Below the pieces are notes generated by a model. That model was not told where the DNA came from. It did not search any database and was given only the letters and a program-made list of their open reading frames with translations. A DNA stretch of 64,000 bases from Trypanosoma brucei (taxonomy: Eukaryota): the NCBI GenBank assembly GCA_000002445.1, contig CP000067.1:384001-448000 (forward strand). Reading direction: 5' to 3'. Positions 41,933 through 52,986 of the stretch are shown piece after piece (positions within the stretch are counted from its first letter, which is position 1; each line of letters begins with the position of its first letter). The translations under genes were made by a program, and so were the position numbers.

Positions 41933-43120
41933 TTAGTCATCACCGACCAAAATGCTCTGAACCTTTTCGAATACAACAAACATGGAAGCACTAGCTGGCA
42001 CTGCCTTCAGATAGTTCGCTGATATGCCTGAGAATAGGGATCCTACACCTTTCGTTCTAACCATCTTCACGAAACAGTCAGTCATGCCTTTATATTTCAC
42101 TGCACGTCCGTTGGTGCCCTGCGTTTGCAGTCGGGTCCGCACGACGTTGAGTGGATATGATACCGTTTGTGCAAACATGGAGGCGAACATACTAACGGCA
42201 GCCGTTTCAATGGAGGAAAGAGATGAATCGTGACGGCTCATACCGTAATTATTCATCCTGTACATTATCATCTGCTGCTGTGCAGTAGAATAGATACCGA
42301 CTTCTAATCCGCGGTAGATGAAGATTCCCACCATATTGGGGGTGAGACCACGATAGAAGCCAGAAATTCCACTATTTTTGTACGTGTCATATATCACCTG
42401 CCGCATGCCGCCCGGGTACTCCGACCTCCTCGAAACGGCCATGCGTGTTTTGATTACTTCAAGAGGATACAGCGTAAGCTGCGCACCAAACCCTGCCCAG
42501 GCGCCAATGAGGAAGTTTAGAAGTATGCGCGGAATGCTGGTGAGCGTAAACCAGCGGTTAAGTGGGGCCGGTAACACAGATACCGTAGACAAATCATATG
42601 CAATAGGCTCCGAGCCCGTTGCCTTCATTGCGGCCTCCCACTCCGTTACGCGGGCCGTTTCTTCATCTAAACTGTCCTCGTAAAGCGACAGGAAGTACCG
42701 ACGGAGTGTAAAAACTAAGGCAAACTCCGGACCCGCCTTGAGGCAGTTTACCCCGTTCCCGCGCCAGAAAGCGGACCACCCGCCATCATTCCGAATTAAG
42801 TGAAAGACGTCAATTAGTTGTGCCGGTCTAAGAAGCGACTTTTTTCCAGTGCCACTCACAAGATGACCCTCCTGAACAATAATCTTGATGCGGTCCAAGG
42901 GGGCTGTCAGTGTGCGACTACATGCGCCCGCCACACCACCTGCAACAAAAGTAGCTGCTGTTGTGTACGAGTCTCGCTTCACGTGCATGTGCTGTTCCTT
43001 TGCCTTTTCGTGGCCTACAGTCATAGCTTCCGATCCCGTGATATTTTGAGCACTTGCACCACTACTGCAGTCTGCTACTTCAACCCCCATATGCACGTTT
43101 TCGGTGACGCTTGCGCGCAA
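41933..43120 (-). CDS. Mitochondrial carrier family (SLC25) protein
   Basis: Three carrier signature repeats P-x-[DE]-x-x-[KR] are present: PLDRIKI, PLEVIKTRM and PLNVVRTRL. The tripartite 6-TM layout is recognisable. It is 395 aa with a ~45 aa N-terminal extension. Confidence 0.85.
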   Translation of the reverse strand: MRASVTENVHMGVEVADCSSGASAQNITGSEAMTVGHEKAKEQHMHVKRDSYTTAATFVAGGVAGACSRTLTAPLDRIKIIVQEGHLVSGTGKKSLLRPAQLIDVFHLIRNDGGWSAFWRGNGVNCLKAGPEFALVFTLRRYFLSLYEDSLDEETARVTEWEAAMKATGSEPIAYDLSTVSVLPAPLNRWFTLTSIPRILLNFLIGAWAGFGAQLTLYPLEVIKTRMAVSRRSEYPGGMRQVIYDTYKNSGISGFYRGLTPNMVGIFIYRGLEVGIYSTAQQQMIMYRMNNYGMSRHDSSLSSIETAAVSMFASMFAQTVSYPLNVVRTRLQTQGTNGRAVKYKGMTDCFVKMVRTKGVGSLFSGISANYLKAVPASASMFVVFEKVQSILVGDD

Positions 43121-43489
43121 CAGTTTCTTTTATCTCTCACTTCTGTCGTTAGGGAAAGCTTCTGTGTGGAGCAAAGACGTTGACACGTAGGCAACCTCCC
43201 GCTGCTTTTTGTTCCTAGATATGAAATGGCGCCCTCTCTTCGCCTCAACCACCGATAATATATATATATATATATATATAGGTATATGTATTTTTCTTTC
43301 TGCTCCCCTTCCTCTTCTTGCAGTCTATACGGTGATTTTACTCTTTCTCGCTATTCCGGTCGTGTCAACGGCTTCCCTCACCACCAGATGTGTATCTTGC
43401 ACCTGCGGTAACTAATGTGTGAAAGTGGCCCAAAGATAACCCTGGTCCAAGCTTGATGGGAACTAATGAATATATGTATAATGCACGCT

Positions 43490-43556
43490 TATATATATAT
43501 ATATATATATATATATGTCTGTGTCTGTGTCTGTGTGTGTGTGTGTGTGTGTGTGT
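43490..43556. repeat. Compound microsatellite (AT)n-(TCTGTG)n-(GT)n
   Basis: Direct read: (at)~13, then gtctgtgtctgtgtctgtg, then (gt)~12. Confidence 0.95.
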
Positions 43557-44388
43557 CAGTGCGTTGACAATTAAGTACCTTACGATTTGGGGTATGTATT
43601 TTTATGCACCTACGCTTATGCGACCTCCACAGGGGTGTAATATGCGGCGCGTGATTACCACTGCCACCACTTCCTCCTCCTCGTCGGTATGTACGTGGGA
43701 GTGATTCTTGTGTGTGGGCGGGCACCCACGCAAAGCCGTCAAGACAAGCTTCTATATATACATATATTTATACGAGTTTAAAAAAGAACCGAAAAATATC
43801 GCGGAAGAAGTGTTATCACCGTGCCAAAACGAATGGACATGGGGGAAGAGATGAAGCAAGTATTGAGATATTGCAGCGCTGAAGCAGAATAACCAATAGA
43901 AACGGAAGGAACAACGCAAACAACCCCCAAAAGACAACAAACAAGACAAGCCTGTACGACGTCTTGTGTCTCGCGAGCAGCCCATTAACTGCTAAGGAAT
44001 AATAATAATAATAATAATAATAAAACAGCCCTCACCCCAAGTAGTTGCTTAAAGACCACTGTGGTAAACTTCCACTCATCCTAAAACTTTACAATGTCAA
44101 CGAAAGGAAACAAACAACTGAAATAGTACACGTTAAATGTCTAAAAAAACAATAACCAAAGACGATAAAAGTTCCCTATTAGTTACCCCTTACTCTACCT
44201 TCACCTGTTTTAGGTTAAACTGCTTCCCCTTCCTTACACATCTTTGACTTCCCCCTTCTCTCGGCTTCATCACACACTTAAGCACACACACACAAAAAAA
44301 AAAAAGAAAGAAACACAACAGTAACTCTCTCCCTGCGTCATTTATTATAAGTGGGTCGAATGAAGGAAAGAGGGAAGGGAGAATTACA

Positions 44389-45054
44389 CTATTCCCATAT
44401 AAACCACCCAACAACGGGGTATCTGGACTCGAACTTCTTTACCCAACCTTCCAACTGCTGCAGCTCCTCCTCAGTGCTACCCGGGCGCCAGTCTTTGTTG
44501 ATTTCATCGCCTGTTAAATCACTTTTTGCGAGGCAGCGGCTAATTTCACGCCCCGCATAAATGTGATACGGCTGCCCCGGACCATAAAACTGTGGGGCGA
44601 CTTCGTATACCACACCCTTAACGCTCACATAAACATCACTCTTGCGTACACCATCATACTCCTGAAGCTCATCGGCGGTGAAACTACGCTGCACTATGGG
44701 CTTTACTGGCCTTATTCCCTGACCCCGATGGCAGTGTATCTTGTGCAATTTATATAATCGCTGAATAATGGCGCGGGAAATAACACTAACCGCCGCTGCG
44801 ACTGCGAGAACCTTCCCAACCTTAACTAGTTTACCAACTGCCTTATCCATTCCTTTTTTGGAACTCAGTGGCGTTGTTGAGAGTGTCGTTCTAACGAGTC
44901 CCCAAAAGAGTTGATGTGGATGACAGGAAAGGAAGTCGAGGTTTCTTTTTTGTAGAAAAAAAATAGAAATGATTGCACGTGAGTTGATGCCGATATTGAC
45001 AGACACATACCGACGCAGAAAATTGCATCTTTTCCACCACAGCGATACGTGCAC
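44389..45054 (-). CDS. Membrane-associated progesterone-receptor-component (MAPR) family cytochrome b5-like heme-binding protein. The real start is probably at an internal Met.
   Basis: The cyt-b5-like MAPR signature is FTADELQEYDG...VYVSVKGVVYEV...QFYGPGQPYHIYAGREISR. A TM helix follows MDKAVGKLVKVGKVLAVAAAV. The first ~68 codons look like an artefactual extension, so the likely ATG is at 44850. Confidence 0.75.
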   Translation of the reverse strand: MHVSLWWKRCNFLRRYVSVNIGINSRAIISIFFLQKRNLDFLSCHPHQLFWGLVRTTLSTTPLSSKKGMDKAVGKLVKVGKVLAVAAAVSVISRAIIQRLYKLHKIHCHRGQGIRPVKPIVQRSFTADELQEYDGVRKSDVYVSVKGVVYEVAPQFYGPGQPYHIYAGREISRCLAKSDLTGDEINKDWRPGSTEEELQQLEGWVKKFESRYPVVGWFIWE

Positions 45055-45324
45055 ACATACGCATTAGCATGTCTGTGAATGGGGAAGTACGAAAGAGTTG
45101 CGGCAATGAATGCCTACTTTCCCTCTCTCCTCTAAACATTTCTGTACATTGCACCACATCATATAAACCACCTCCCTCCACCTCCTTCTTTGTTTAATTT
45201 AGAAAACAAAAAAAAACACTCTCTCCTTCCCCAATATTCCCAAGTCATCACACATTTGAAGCGACGACACCATTCCTTTGGTTGACCGCGTCTCTAAGGA
45301 GGTCGCTGAGGGGGACACGCGCAG

Positions 45325-45325
<1 letters not shown>

Positions 45326-45365
<40 letters not shown>

Positions 45366-45366
45366 A
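45326..45366. repeat. (CA)n microsatellite (with a second (CA)n at 45469-45484)
   Basis: Direct read: cacacacacacacacacacacacaaacacacacacacacaa. Confidence 0.95.
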
Positions 45367-45632
45367 AAACTTTTCCCCATCCTTCTTCATTTGTCGCATC
45401 CTCTTTTTCTTTTTCTTTCTCTCCCTCTCCTCCTGGATAGTTTTCATCTTCCACAGTTCCCTGCTTTCCACACACACACACACAGCATGGGAATCCGGTG
45501 AATGGGTGAATGGATTCTGGAAAAAAAAAAGAAGAAAAGAGCGTAGAGGACGTCACCACTTGCAGGTGGATCGGGTAAAGACACAAGGGCATCTGTCCAC
45601 GGCTCCAGCCAACCACACAAAATATATACAAC

Positions 45633-47255
45633 TCAGTAAACTGGTTGCCAGTTCGGGTTTTCTACCTCTTCCACAGTGAAGGGGATTGTTCCCGTTTCGT
45701 TGTTCAAAAACCTCGCATGTGCACCTTTCTGAACCCGAATTTTGGACAAAAAGGTGTTCTGATACACACGGATACCTTCTCCTTTGACACAATCTAACGC
45801 GTAATACTCACATTCATCCACCTTGTTGCCCGCCAACTCTACACCATTCACACTGTCCAGAACTATACCCGCGGCGTAGATTCCATAAAATTTACAGTTC
45901 TTTATGCTCATGGCCGGTTGTCCAGCACAAGACCCCGGAAAGGTGCCACGCATTATAACACCCGTCCCAAGTGCAGAGAATTCACAGTCCTTCACAGTAA
46001 TCTTGCAGGCATCGGTGTGCAGGCCCACACACGTAGGCCTGGATTCACATGCGTTGGCGACCGGAAGGGTGCAACCATCACGCGAACTCGAAGCTCCTTT
46101 GAAATAACATTCCGTGAGAATGATATTAGACATTGGCCAACCATAAACGGAGCCTTTTTGTGGTTGGTCGAAGGTGCACCTTTCGCACTCCACCTTGCAA
46201 TATTGTGCCACGAGGAGTTGTGTAGTATCTTTGCTACGTGAGGTGAAGCAGCAATTCCGAAATTTTACGTGAGCATGGGCAACTATTACCTGCCCGTTGA
46301 ACGTCATATTCGCGAACTGCACGTTGGGCCACCGCTCAGGATGCGCAAACTGCATTCGATATTCTTCTTCTTCCCGCGCCGCCGCGACTGCCGCATTGAC
46401 CTTTTCCTCATATATGCGTGCTTCCTCTGCCAGTCGCTTCTGCTCCTCCTCCTTGCGCTTGCTATTCTTTCGTGCATCGGACTTTTTCTTTTTTGGTACC
46501 ACTGGCGGCTCGGGCAGGTCGGGAGTTATGACGATCCGCGGGACAATACCTTCAATATGTACCGTCCCTTGAATGACGACCTCAGCGGCGGCCTCACTGG
46601 ACCCCACCTTCTGAACTGCCGCAGCAGATGGCAGCGTATCATCAGGGACGACGGAATCACCCTCTTCTTCTTTCTTTTCCCTTGTGCTCAGGGGGTCGAA
46701 AGATTCCTCACCTTCCACTGGAATGGCCTTCGGTTTCGGTTCCACAGCAGAGCGCGGGATGCTTTCAACACGCAAGTTATCAGCAACCTCAACGGCGTAG
46801 TGGGTGTTGACATCTCCAAGTGTAGCAGGTGGAATTAGAACGACCGTCCTGGGTAGCACTGACACCTCTCCATTGCTTTTCGTGTGTGCTTCCACCACTG
46901 AATGCGATATATCACTCAGGGAGTCTATCTCCTTGTTGACGAACCACTCGCCTATGTAATAATTGCAGGTACCGCTCGGTAGCGTCTGGGGGTCCGGCAG
47001 AACCTCTTTCCTCTTTCTAGAGCCCGCTCGCTTGGGAGGCATTAGACAAAAAAAAAAAAGAACTTCCGTAGCCCCTTTTTTGTTTGTTTGTTTGTCACCG
47101 GACCGCACGAAAAAAAAAAAAGTGGAAAGGAAGATGAACAATATCGGCGAAAGGCAAAATGAACGAGGGACAAATAACCAGCCCCAAATTAAGGTGGTAA
47201 GGCGAGAAAGACGGGTCGATAGCGCCGCTATAGGAGCGAGGCGCAGGTCGTCCAC
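45633..47255 (-). CDS. Right-handed parallel beta-helix repeat (PbH1/CASH-like) protein with a Lys/Glu-rich N-terminal region. The true start is probably ATG 47042 (MPPKRAGSRKRK...).
   Basis: The C-terminal ~250 aa contain repeated ~22-residue G/C/N-rich beta-helix rungs (CTFDQPQKGSVYGW, CTLPVANACESRPTCVGLHTDACKITVKDCEF, IKNCKFYGIYAAGIVLDSVNGVELAGNKVDECEYYALDCVKGEGIRV). The called first 71 codons are hydrophobic low-complexity overlapping a T12 tract. The internal Met at 47042 is preceded on the transcribed strand by a polyY tract and AG dinucleotides. Confidence 0.6.
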   Translation of the reverse strand: MDDLRLAPIAALSTRLSRLTTLIWGWLFVPRSFCLSPILFIFLSTFFFFVRSGDKQTNKKGATEVLFFFCLMPPKRAGSRKRKEVLPDPQTLPSGTCNYYIGEWFVNKEIDSLSDISHSVVEAHTKSNGEVSVLPRTVVLIPPATLGDVNTHYAVEVADNLRVESIPRSAVEPKPKAIPVEGEESFDPLSTREKKEEEGDSVVPDDTLPSAAAVQKVGSSEAAAEVVIQGTVHIEGIVPRIVITPDLPEPPVVPKKKKSDARKNSKRKEEEQKRLAEEARIYEEKVNAAVAAAREEEEYRMQFAHPERWPNVQFANMTFNGQVIVAHAHVKFRNCCFTSRSKDTTQLLVAQYCKVECERCTFDQPQKGSVYGWPMSNIILTECYFKGASSSRDGCTLPVANACESRPTCVGLHTDACKITVKDCEFSALGTGVIMRGTFPGSCAGQPAMSIKNCKFYGIYAAGIVLDSVNGVELAGNKVDECEYYALDCVKGEGIRVYQNTFLSKIRVQKGAHARFLNNETGTIPFTVEEVENPNWQPVY

Positions 47256-47769
47256 ACAGATTCAATCATCCAAACACAGAAAGACAAAGTGTAAAAAGAA
47301 GTTTAAGCACCTGCAAAGAAAATTTAAAGCACGCTGAAGCAAAATGGAGAGGCGCGGGCGACCAAACCACACAAATACAGAGACTCCCACCCAGGTATAA
47401 TCGGCGGAAGAAAATAAAAGGGGTTAAAGGGAACTGGACGAAAATAGTGGACCTACTTCACTTTCCTTTTCTGGAAAACTGACGACAACTCTCACCGCTC
47501 CACACCTCACCGTTCCAACAAAGGGGAACAGTTTGTTATGTAATGCATCATGGGTGTTTATCAGTATGTACACACATAATCCCCATTAGTACAACCTTCC
47601 AACTGGCTTACATATACGTTAGTTTATAAATATAGGTGTAGGTGTGCATTTCCCCCTCCCTAACGCTACTACGTTAGTTTAGGCTGACACCCTTCTTTTC
47701 ATTCGCCATAGCTCTTCATTACCCCCTCCTTCTTTCTTCAACGCGCCTACAGGACAATTGGCCGATCAA

Positions 47770-48750
47770 TTAATGCTTTGGCACGTGTCCCCCACACACC
47801 CAAAGAGGTGGCCGGCGCTTTTCACCACTGATGAGGGGAAGTTGCGTTGCGAAACAACATGTTAGCTCCTTTCCAACAAACTTTGTGTGATCTGTAACTC
47901 GTGTGTCTATGACCTCCTGGGCGCACTTTACGGTCAACCAAGAGCATTGACAGCAATATGCAGCGGAATCGGGGCATGTTTTCAAAACAGTATTTTGCTC
48001 TCCTCTACGCATTTGCCCAACGGGAAGTGAACTAGCCAGACGACTCCAATCGGGATAAAAATTCCTAACTGTTAGGTACAAATCCATTTTACCCTCTTCG
48101 TCGTCCCACTCCGCATCTTGGAGGCGAATAACAGTGTAGTTGCACTTACGGCAAAGAATAAATGGACAGCCGCCCTTTCGACCGTCCTCATCTGCCGTCT
48201 TGTCTGTGCAGCCATTTCCAGCGTCCGCTTTAAGTGCGTGAAAGGCACCCTTGCGAAGCAGCAGTTGCTCATTTGAGGAACATTTGTCATATTTCCCCTC
48301 TCCTGTCAGAAGCAGCTGCGCAACAGAGGGGTGACGGAGCTCCCCTGAGCCGACATTTGTTACAAAGCATTTGCTGTTACATGCCATGCTCATGTTGCCT
48401 GGGGTGGGAGGAAAAGGAACGGTATGGCGACCTCCCATGACAGTTTCCTCCACACTCTCGTCGCTGTCGTCAAAATCTTCTCCTCTTCCGTCCCCAACGT
48501 TTGCTGTTGTTGAGGCTGCTGCTTCTAAGCTAACCGAAGTTCCCCGGTTTCTTGTTGTTGTTTCGGCCTCGCTGTTCGCTTCGTCGGTGTCATCCCAGTT
48601 TGATTGAGAGGCAGGGGGTTCGCATGCAGCTCCACCCTTCCCCTCAGGTGGTGCACGCCCACCCTCCTTCTTAGGGAACAGTTCTTCAATTAAATCATCC
48701 ACGTCCGACATGAAGAAGGCGTGCGCTGTTGGGGATTGGCGACAAGGCAA
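47770..48750 (-). CDS. Hypothetical acidic protein, 326 aa
   Basis: ORF with protein-like composition. It has an acidic N-terminus (MSDVDDLIEELF) and Cys pairs in the C-terminal half (CRKCNY...). No family recognised. Confidence 0.5.
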   Translation of the reverse strand: MPCRQSPTAHAFFMSDVDDLIEELFPKKEGGRAPPEGKGGAACEPPASQSNWDDTDEANSEAETTTRNRGTSVSLEAAASTTANVGDGRGEDFDDSDESVEETVMGGRHTVPFPPTPGNMSMACNSKCFVTNVGSGELRHPSVAQLLLTGEGKYDKCSSNEQLLLRKGAFHALKADAGNGCTDKTADEDGRKGGCPFILCRKCNYTVIRLQDAEWDDEEGKMDLYLTVRNFYPDWSRLASSLPVGQMRRGEQNTVLKTCPDSAAYCCQCSWLTVKCAQEVIDTRVTDHTKFVGKELTCCFATQLPLISGEKRRPPLWVCGGHVPKH

Positions 48751-50136
48751 ATGGATGTGCGTACCCTTTAGAAATCAATAGTTAAATATATAGCTCTATA
48801 TATTTCTATATATTTAAGTATATGTCAGATGTGTAGATGTACAACGTTTGCTTGTGGGATAGGATGAACAAATAATTTCCCTTCCCGCCAACGCGTGATC
48901 GGCAAATTATTTTCTCCTCTGCACTTTCCTGCTGGTGAGACTGCTCGACTGAATGAAAGCCTCGCTACCCTTATATATACAGGTTTCTCCTCCCGGTGTT
49001 GCTAGAGTCACTCTTCCTTTACTTTACTTAAATCTATTTCCACTCCCGCTAAGAAAGAAGGGGTCGCGAATAGAAAAAGGCTGAAAATGATTGCTCTTCC
49101 TTTTCCCTATCAAGGACAGATGTACACATACTACACACCACATGTTATGCAAACACAGACATATGTATATGCTTGTACCCCCTTTTGTGATGGAAACGTG
49201 ATCGTTTTCCCCGTTTGTGGCTCACCTTACAATTCACCCGTGGGACCGACAGTCACCACCACCACCCCTCCCTCTGATTTAATACTTCATTCCCTCTCCC
49301 ATTCCCCACCTCATCTCCACCTCTACATACTGTGTTAGACAAGACCGGGATGAAACGCACCACCCATCCTAAAAGCCTAATGGAAGCAAATGACGACCCA
49401 AAGAAACAAGAAAAGGAAGAAAAAAAACAAAAAACAAAGGAACGGAAGAGGAAGAGGAAAGAACGGTACAACCTCTCTTCCTCTCCATCCCAAGTATTAT
49501 ACTGAGGGCAGCGCCACTAACAACCACTTCAACTAGCGTAAAATTAACGTGGGTCTGCAAGAGTGTAAACACCACATGACAACGGGAGAGTACGCACGTG
49601 GAAAGACCAGTGATAGAATGCCTGTCACCCCCTCTTCTCCCTCCCTCCCTCCCTGAGGCACACACACACACACATGCACGCTCTGTGAGCTGAATTGAAG
49701 CTCGTTGCACCACCTTTTCCCTTCACACGTCAATTCCTCAATAACTGTTGTTTGCCAGCGCAATCCGTGCGGTGTTGCGCATTGATTCGACAAAATAAAA
49801 GGGAAAGCGAGTATATGAAAGGGAGTGGAAAGGGAGAAGGTAAAATTATAAGCACGAATGAAAAATGGAAAAGAAATCGATAAGCAAAGCGGCGGTGCGA
49901 AATGAAGGCCACTCGAGTCTAGCGGTTCGGGAACAAAAGAAAGTGGAAAGATCAAACAAAGGGAGATAACCTAAGTGTGCAGTAGCGATATTCACCTAAA
50001 TATGCAACCTTCAACGTGCATCCCATGCGATGGGCGGCATGCTTTCGCCGCTCCCCCCCTCCTCTTGCCTGGTTATACCCTTAGCCTCTTCAAACCCTGT
50101 CAATGTGGCACACCCATATGGACAAGCCATGCGCTT

Positions 50137-52389
50137 TCACATGCAATGGCATGTACAGGTAGACCCCTCTTTTCTTCTTCGTTTTCCTACTGATCCTTCC
50201 GCTCTGACCAACTTGTTGTCATTCTGCACAGTCGGCGAGCGGGAAGGAATGCTCTTTGTTTCTAACGTTGCCCCCTGTTTAGCCTCCCGTTGAAAAGGAG
50301 GCGGTGGCTCAGGTGATGCGGAATGCCCCCGTGTATTTTGTATGCCCCCTATCGCCACATGGGCCACAGCCTGGTCGGGGGGCCCTCGACGTCTATTCCG
50401 TGGTGAACTTTCCACTTCACATGGTGAGAAGGTGGAACCTACATCCAAATCTTCGGAAACTTCTAATGTCGCATGCCTTTCCTTACACCTGTCCCTGTTG
50501 GCAGCACCTCCCCTTCTCTTCTTTTTTCGCCGACGGTTATTGCCGCCATTCTTTGCAAGGGGTGCCGGAGGTAGAGGTGGAGGAGGAGGAGGAGGAGGAT
50601 TCGTAGGTGACACTGACAGGGCCGTTGCATCATTCATACCACCGTCACACCTGGTTATGTCAAGTGAGACATGAATGTCGCTCATTCTAATGTTACTCCG
50701 CAACTCCTCCTGTCTTGTCGATCCAGGTATATATTTATCCTCATTTTCACCAATGTGCGGCGAGGGGGGCATGAGGCGGCCTGCAGATGTGGGTCGCTTA
50801 ACAGCAGCGTTTGCGGCGTTTGGTGGGGGCATGAACCGACGTGAAGGCGGTGGCGGTGGCAATAATCTGCCCTTTGGAGACGATTCTTTGCTCGTAAATT
50901 TCTCTATGAAACACCCACTATCCACATCATTGACACAGCTTGTGGTCTCACTATTGAGCGACCCTGTTGAACTGAGGGGGACGTCATCGGGTGGTGTATC
51001 CTCTTCTTCTGGTTCCCAGTCGAGGCGTTGGTTTCGAGGGTAGCCACCACGTTCCATAGCCCGCTCCATTAGGGAGAATAACATATCATACTTTGGTTCG
51101 TCCTCGTATTTGAGCGTCTGAAGGTGTTCCAGGAATGGCCCGAACTCCTGTGGTAGGTTTTTGATCAGTTCCGGTCCAATAACTTGTTCTTTGCATTGTC
51201 CAATATCCTCCTTTTCCTTGTGCTTACGCCACGGAAGAGTTCCCGTGATGAATTCGATGAGCATAAACAATAAACTCCATATGTCGTCGACGCGGCCTAG
51301 TTCCTGCTGTCGGTGCGACGCCAGGGAGGCATACCTACTTGTCCCACGGAATCCAGCGTTGGCTCGCGGTGGTCTCACCTCGCCAGTAGGGCGGCGGAAG
51401 CGGCGCGCTAACCCAAAGTCGACAATATAACACTGCCGAGGGTCGGAAGAGCCACCTAAACCGATAACAAAGTTAGAGGGCTTGACGTCCCGATGGACGA
51501 TACCCAACTCGTGTACACCCTGTATGCACTTCAAACACGATATTCCAAGATGGAGTGTGGTGTGGATACTGAACATGCATTGCGGAGTGCTACGGCGGAG
51601 ATCCGCAAGATTTGGCCCTAACCGCTGCATAACTATGAAGTTCATTCCCGCAGAGTTTCCGCTGCCTAGGTAGCGCGCGACATAGGGACAGGGTTGCATC
51701 TTCTTCAGTGCTGCTGCCTCCACTCGCAAAACATTTTTGTTTTCCTGTTCCACTTTGATGCAAACTTCCTCGCCTGAAGTCGTAGGGAGGTCTGTGAGTC
51801 CATGGGAGGATGCCCCATGCGCCAGATCCAGATCCTCGCTACGAGCACTGCTCCTGTCAACTTCTACGGCAGTAAACGTTTCGCCAAATGAACCCGCGCC
51901 AATCCTGCCAGTAACGACCCATTTCTTTAGTCGCATCCCTATTGTGACCCTCGTCTTGGCAGCTTTAGGAGCCGGTTTACGCGGTGGGCTATGTGCACTG
52001 ACTTTTGCAGATTTATTGCTGCCGCCATCTTTTCCCGCATCATCACCGTTCTTACCCGAGCAACGCGCGCTGTTCCCCCTTTCGTCACCAGCCATGCTAC
52101 TCGGAGGCACCGAATTCGTCATCAGACGATTGAGAGACCGGTTTCCCTGTGCGTTCATCAATCCAGCCGCTACGTATCGTTTATTGTCAACTAAACCGAG
52201 TAGCGTTCTGTTCATGGCCTTATCAGGGCCTTCGGTGCCGAAAAACTTCAAGAATATGTATACGTGTAGGTTCAAAGTGGTGTTTGATTTGGTTATTCGT
52301 ATTAGTTGGGTGGGGTTGAGAAAAAAGAAAAGAATAAAATAAAAGAGACGGTAGAGGTGCAGAACAAAAAAAAAACGCAAATACCTCAC
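50137..52389 (-). CDS. Casein-kinase-1 superfamily Ser/Thr protein kinase (TTBK-like) with a long Pro/Ser-rich C-terminal tail. The true start is probably the internal Met (MNRTLLGL, ATG ~52215).
   Basis: The Gly loop is GRIGAGSFGETF. VAIK-type Lys is in CIKVE. The catalytic loop HRDVKPSNFVIG and the GTSRYASLASH motif (CK1 GTxRYAS) are present. The C-terminus is P-rich (PPPPPPPPLPPAPL). The called N-terminal 58 codons are low-complexity and overlap a purine-rich tract at 52320-52380. Confidence 0.85.
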   Translation of the reverse strand: MRYLRFFFVLHLYRLFYFILFFFLNPTQLIRITKSNTTLNLHVYIFLKFFGTEGPDKAMNRTLLGLVDNKRYVAAGLMNAQGNRSLNRLMTNSVPPSSMAGDERGNSARCSGKNGDDAGKDGGSNKSAKVSAHSPPRKPAPKAAKTRVTIGMRLKKWVVTGRIGAGSFGETFTAVEVDRSSARSEDLDLAHGASSHGLTDLPTTSGEEVCIKVEQENKNVLRVEAAALKKMQPCPYVARYLGSGNSAGMNFIVMQRLGPNLADLRRSTPQCMFSIHTTLHLGISCLKCIQGVHELGIVHRDVKPSNFVIGLGGSSDPRQCYIVDFGLARRFRRPTGEVRPPRANAGFRGTSRYASLASHRQQELGRVDDIWSLLFMLIEFITGTLPWRKHKEKEDIGQCKEQVIGPELIKNLPQEFGPFLEHLQTLKYEDEPKYDMLFSLMERAMERGGYPRNQRLDWEPEEEDTPPDDVPLSSTGSLNSETTSCVNDVDSGCFIEKFTSKESSPKGRLLPPPPPSRRFMPPPNAANAAVKRPTSAGRLMPPSPHIGENEDKYIPGSTRQEELRSNIRMSDIHVSLDITRCDGGMNDATALSVSPTNPPPPPPPPLPPAPLAKNGGNNRRRKKKRRGGAANRDRCKERHATLEVSEDLDVGSTFSPCEVESSPRNRRRGPPDQAVAHVAIGGIQNTRGHSASPEPPPPFQREAKQGATLETKSIPSRSPTVQNDNKLVRAEGSVGKRRRKEGSTCTCHCM

Positions 52390-52986
52390 GAAAGGTGGAA
52401 AGTGAACAACGAGTAATACGTCTCAGTGTGAGACCGATTGTGGGGAGAAGAGGATGTGCTTACATGGAAACAAATGTGTATGTATACCTGTATTATGCAC
52501 TCGGACACACGCCAACAAATGTGATGACGGATCCCGCCTGAGGCATCACTTTGCACTTACTAACGTTCCAGTAAACTGCGCGAGTGTATGTAGTGTCACG
52601 ATGAGGGGGATAGCAATATGCACATACACCCACATCCGAATGTACCTCGTGCTTTACCAAAACGTTTCACACTTTAGACAGTGTGTGCACCTCTCTCTCT
52701 TGTTGCCACATTAGACACAAAAGAGTGGAGGAGGGGGGAAGGGATATTCAAAAAGAACAGCAGCACAAGCATAACGGCACTACTGCCATGCATGGTAAAA
52801 ATGAGGGAAAACCACCTTTTTTAGCGGCCTTCTGCTGCTGTCACACTCAATGTGGCAAAAAAAAAAAATAATATATACCTTCAAATTTCCATTCAAAATG
52901 CTACTCTTTATTCCTTTCTATCCCCACCCCCTTCTATCCTCTATTTACCGGTGGACTCCAGGTCGGCACCTTCAGATCTCTCCCTT

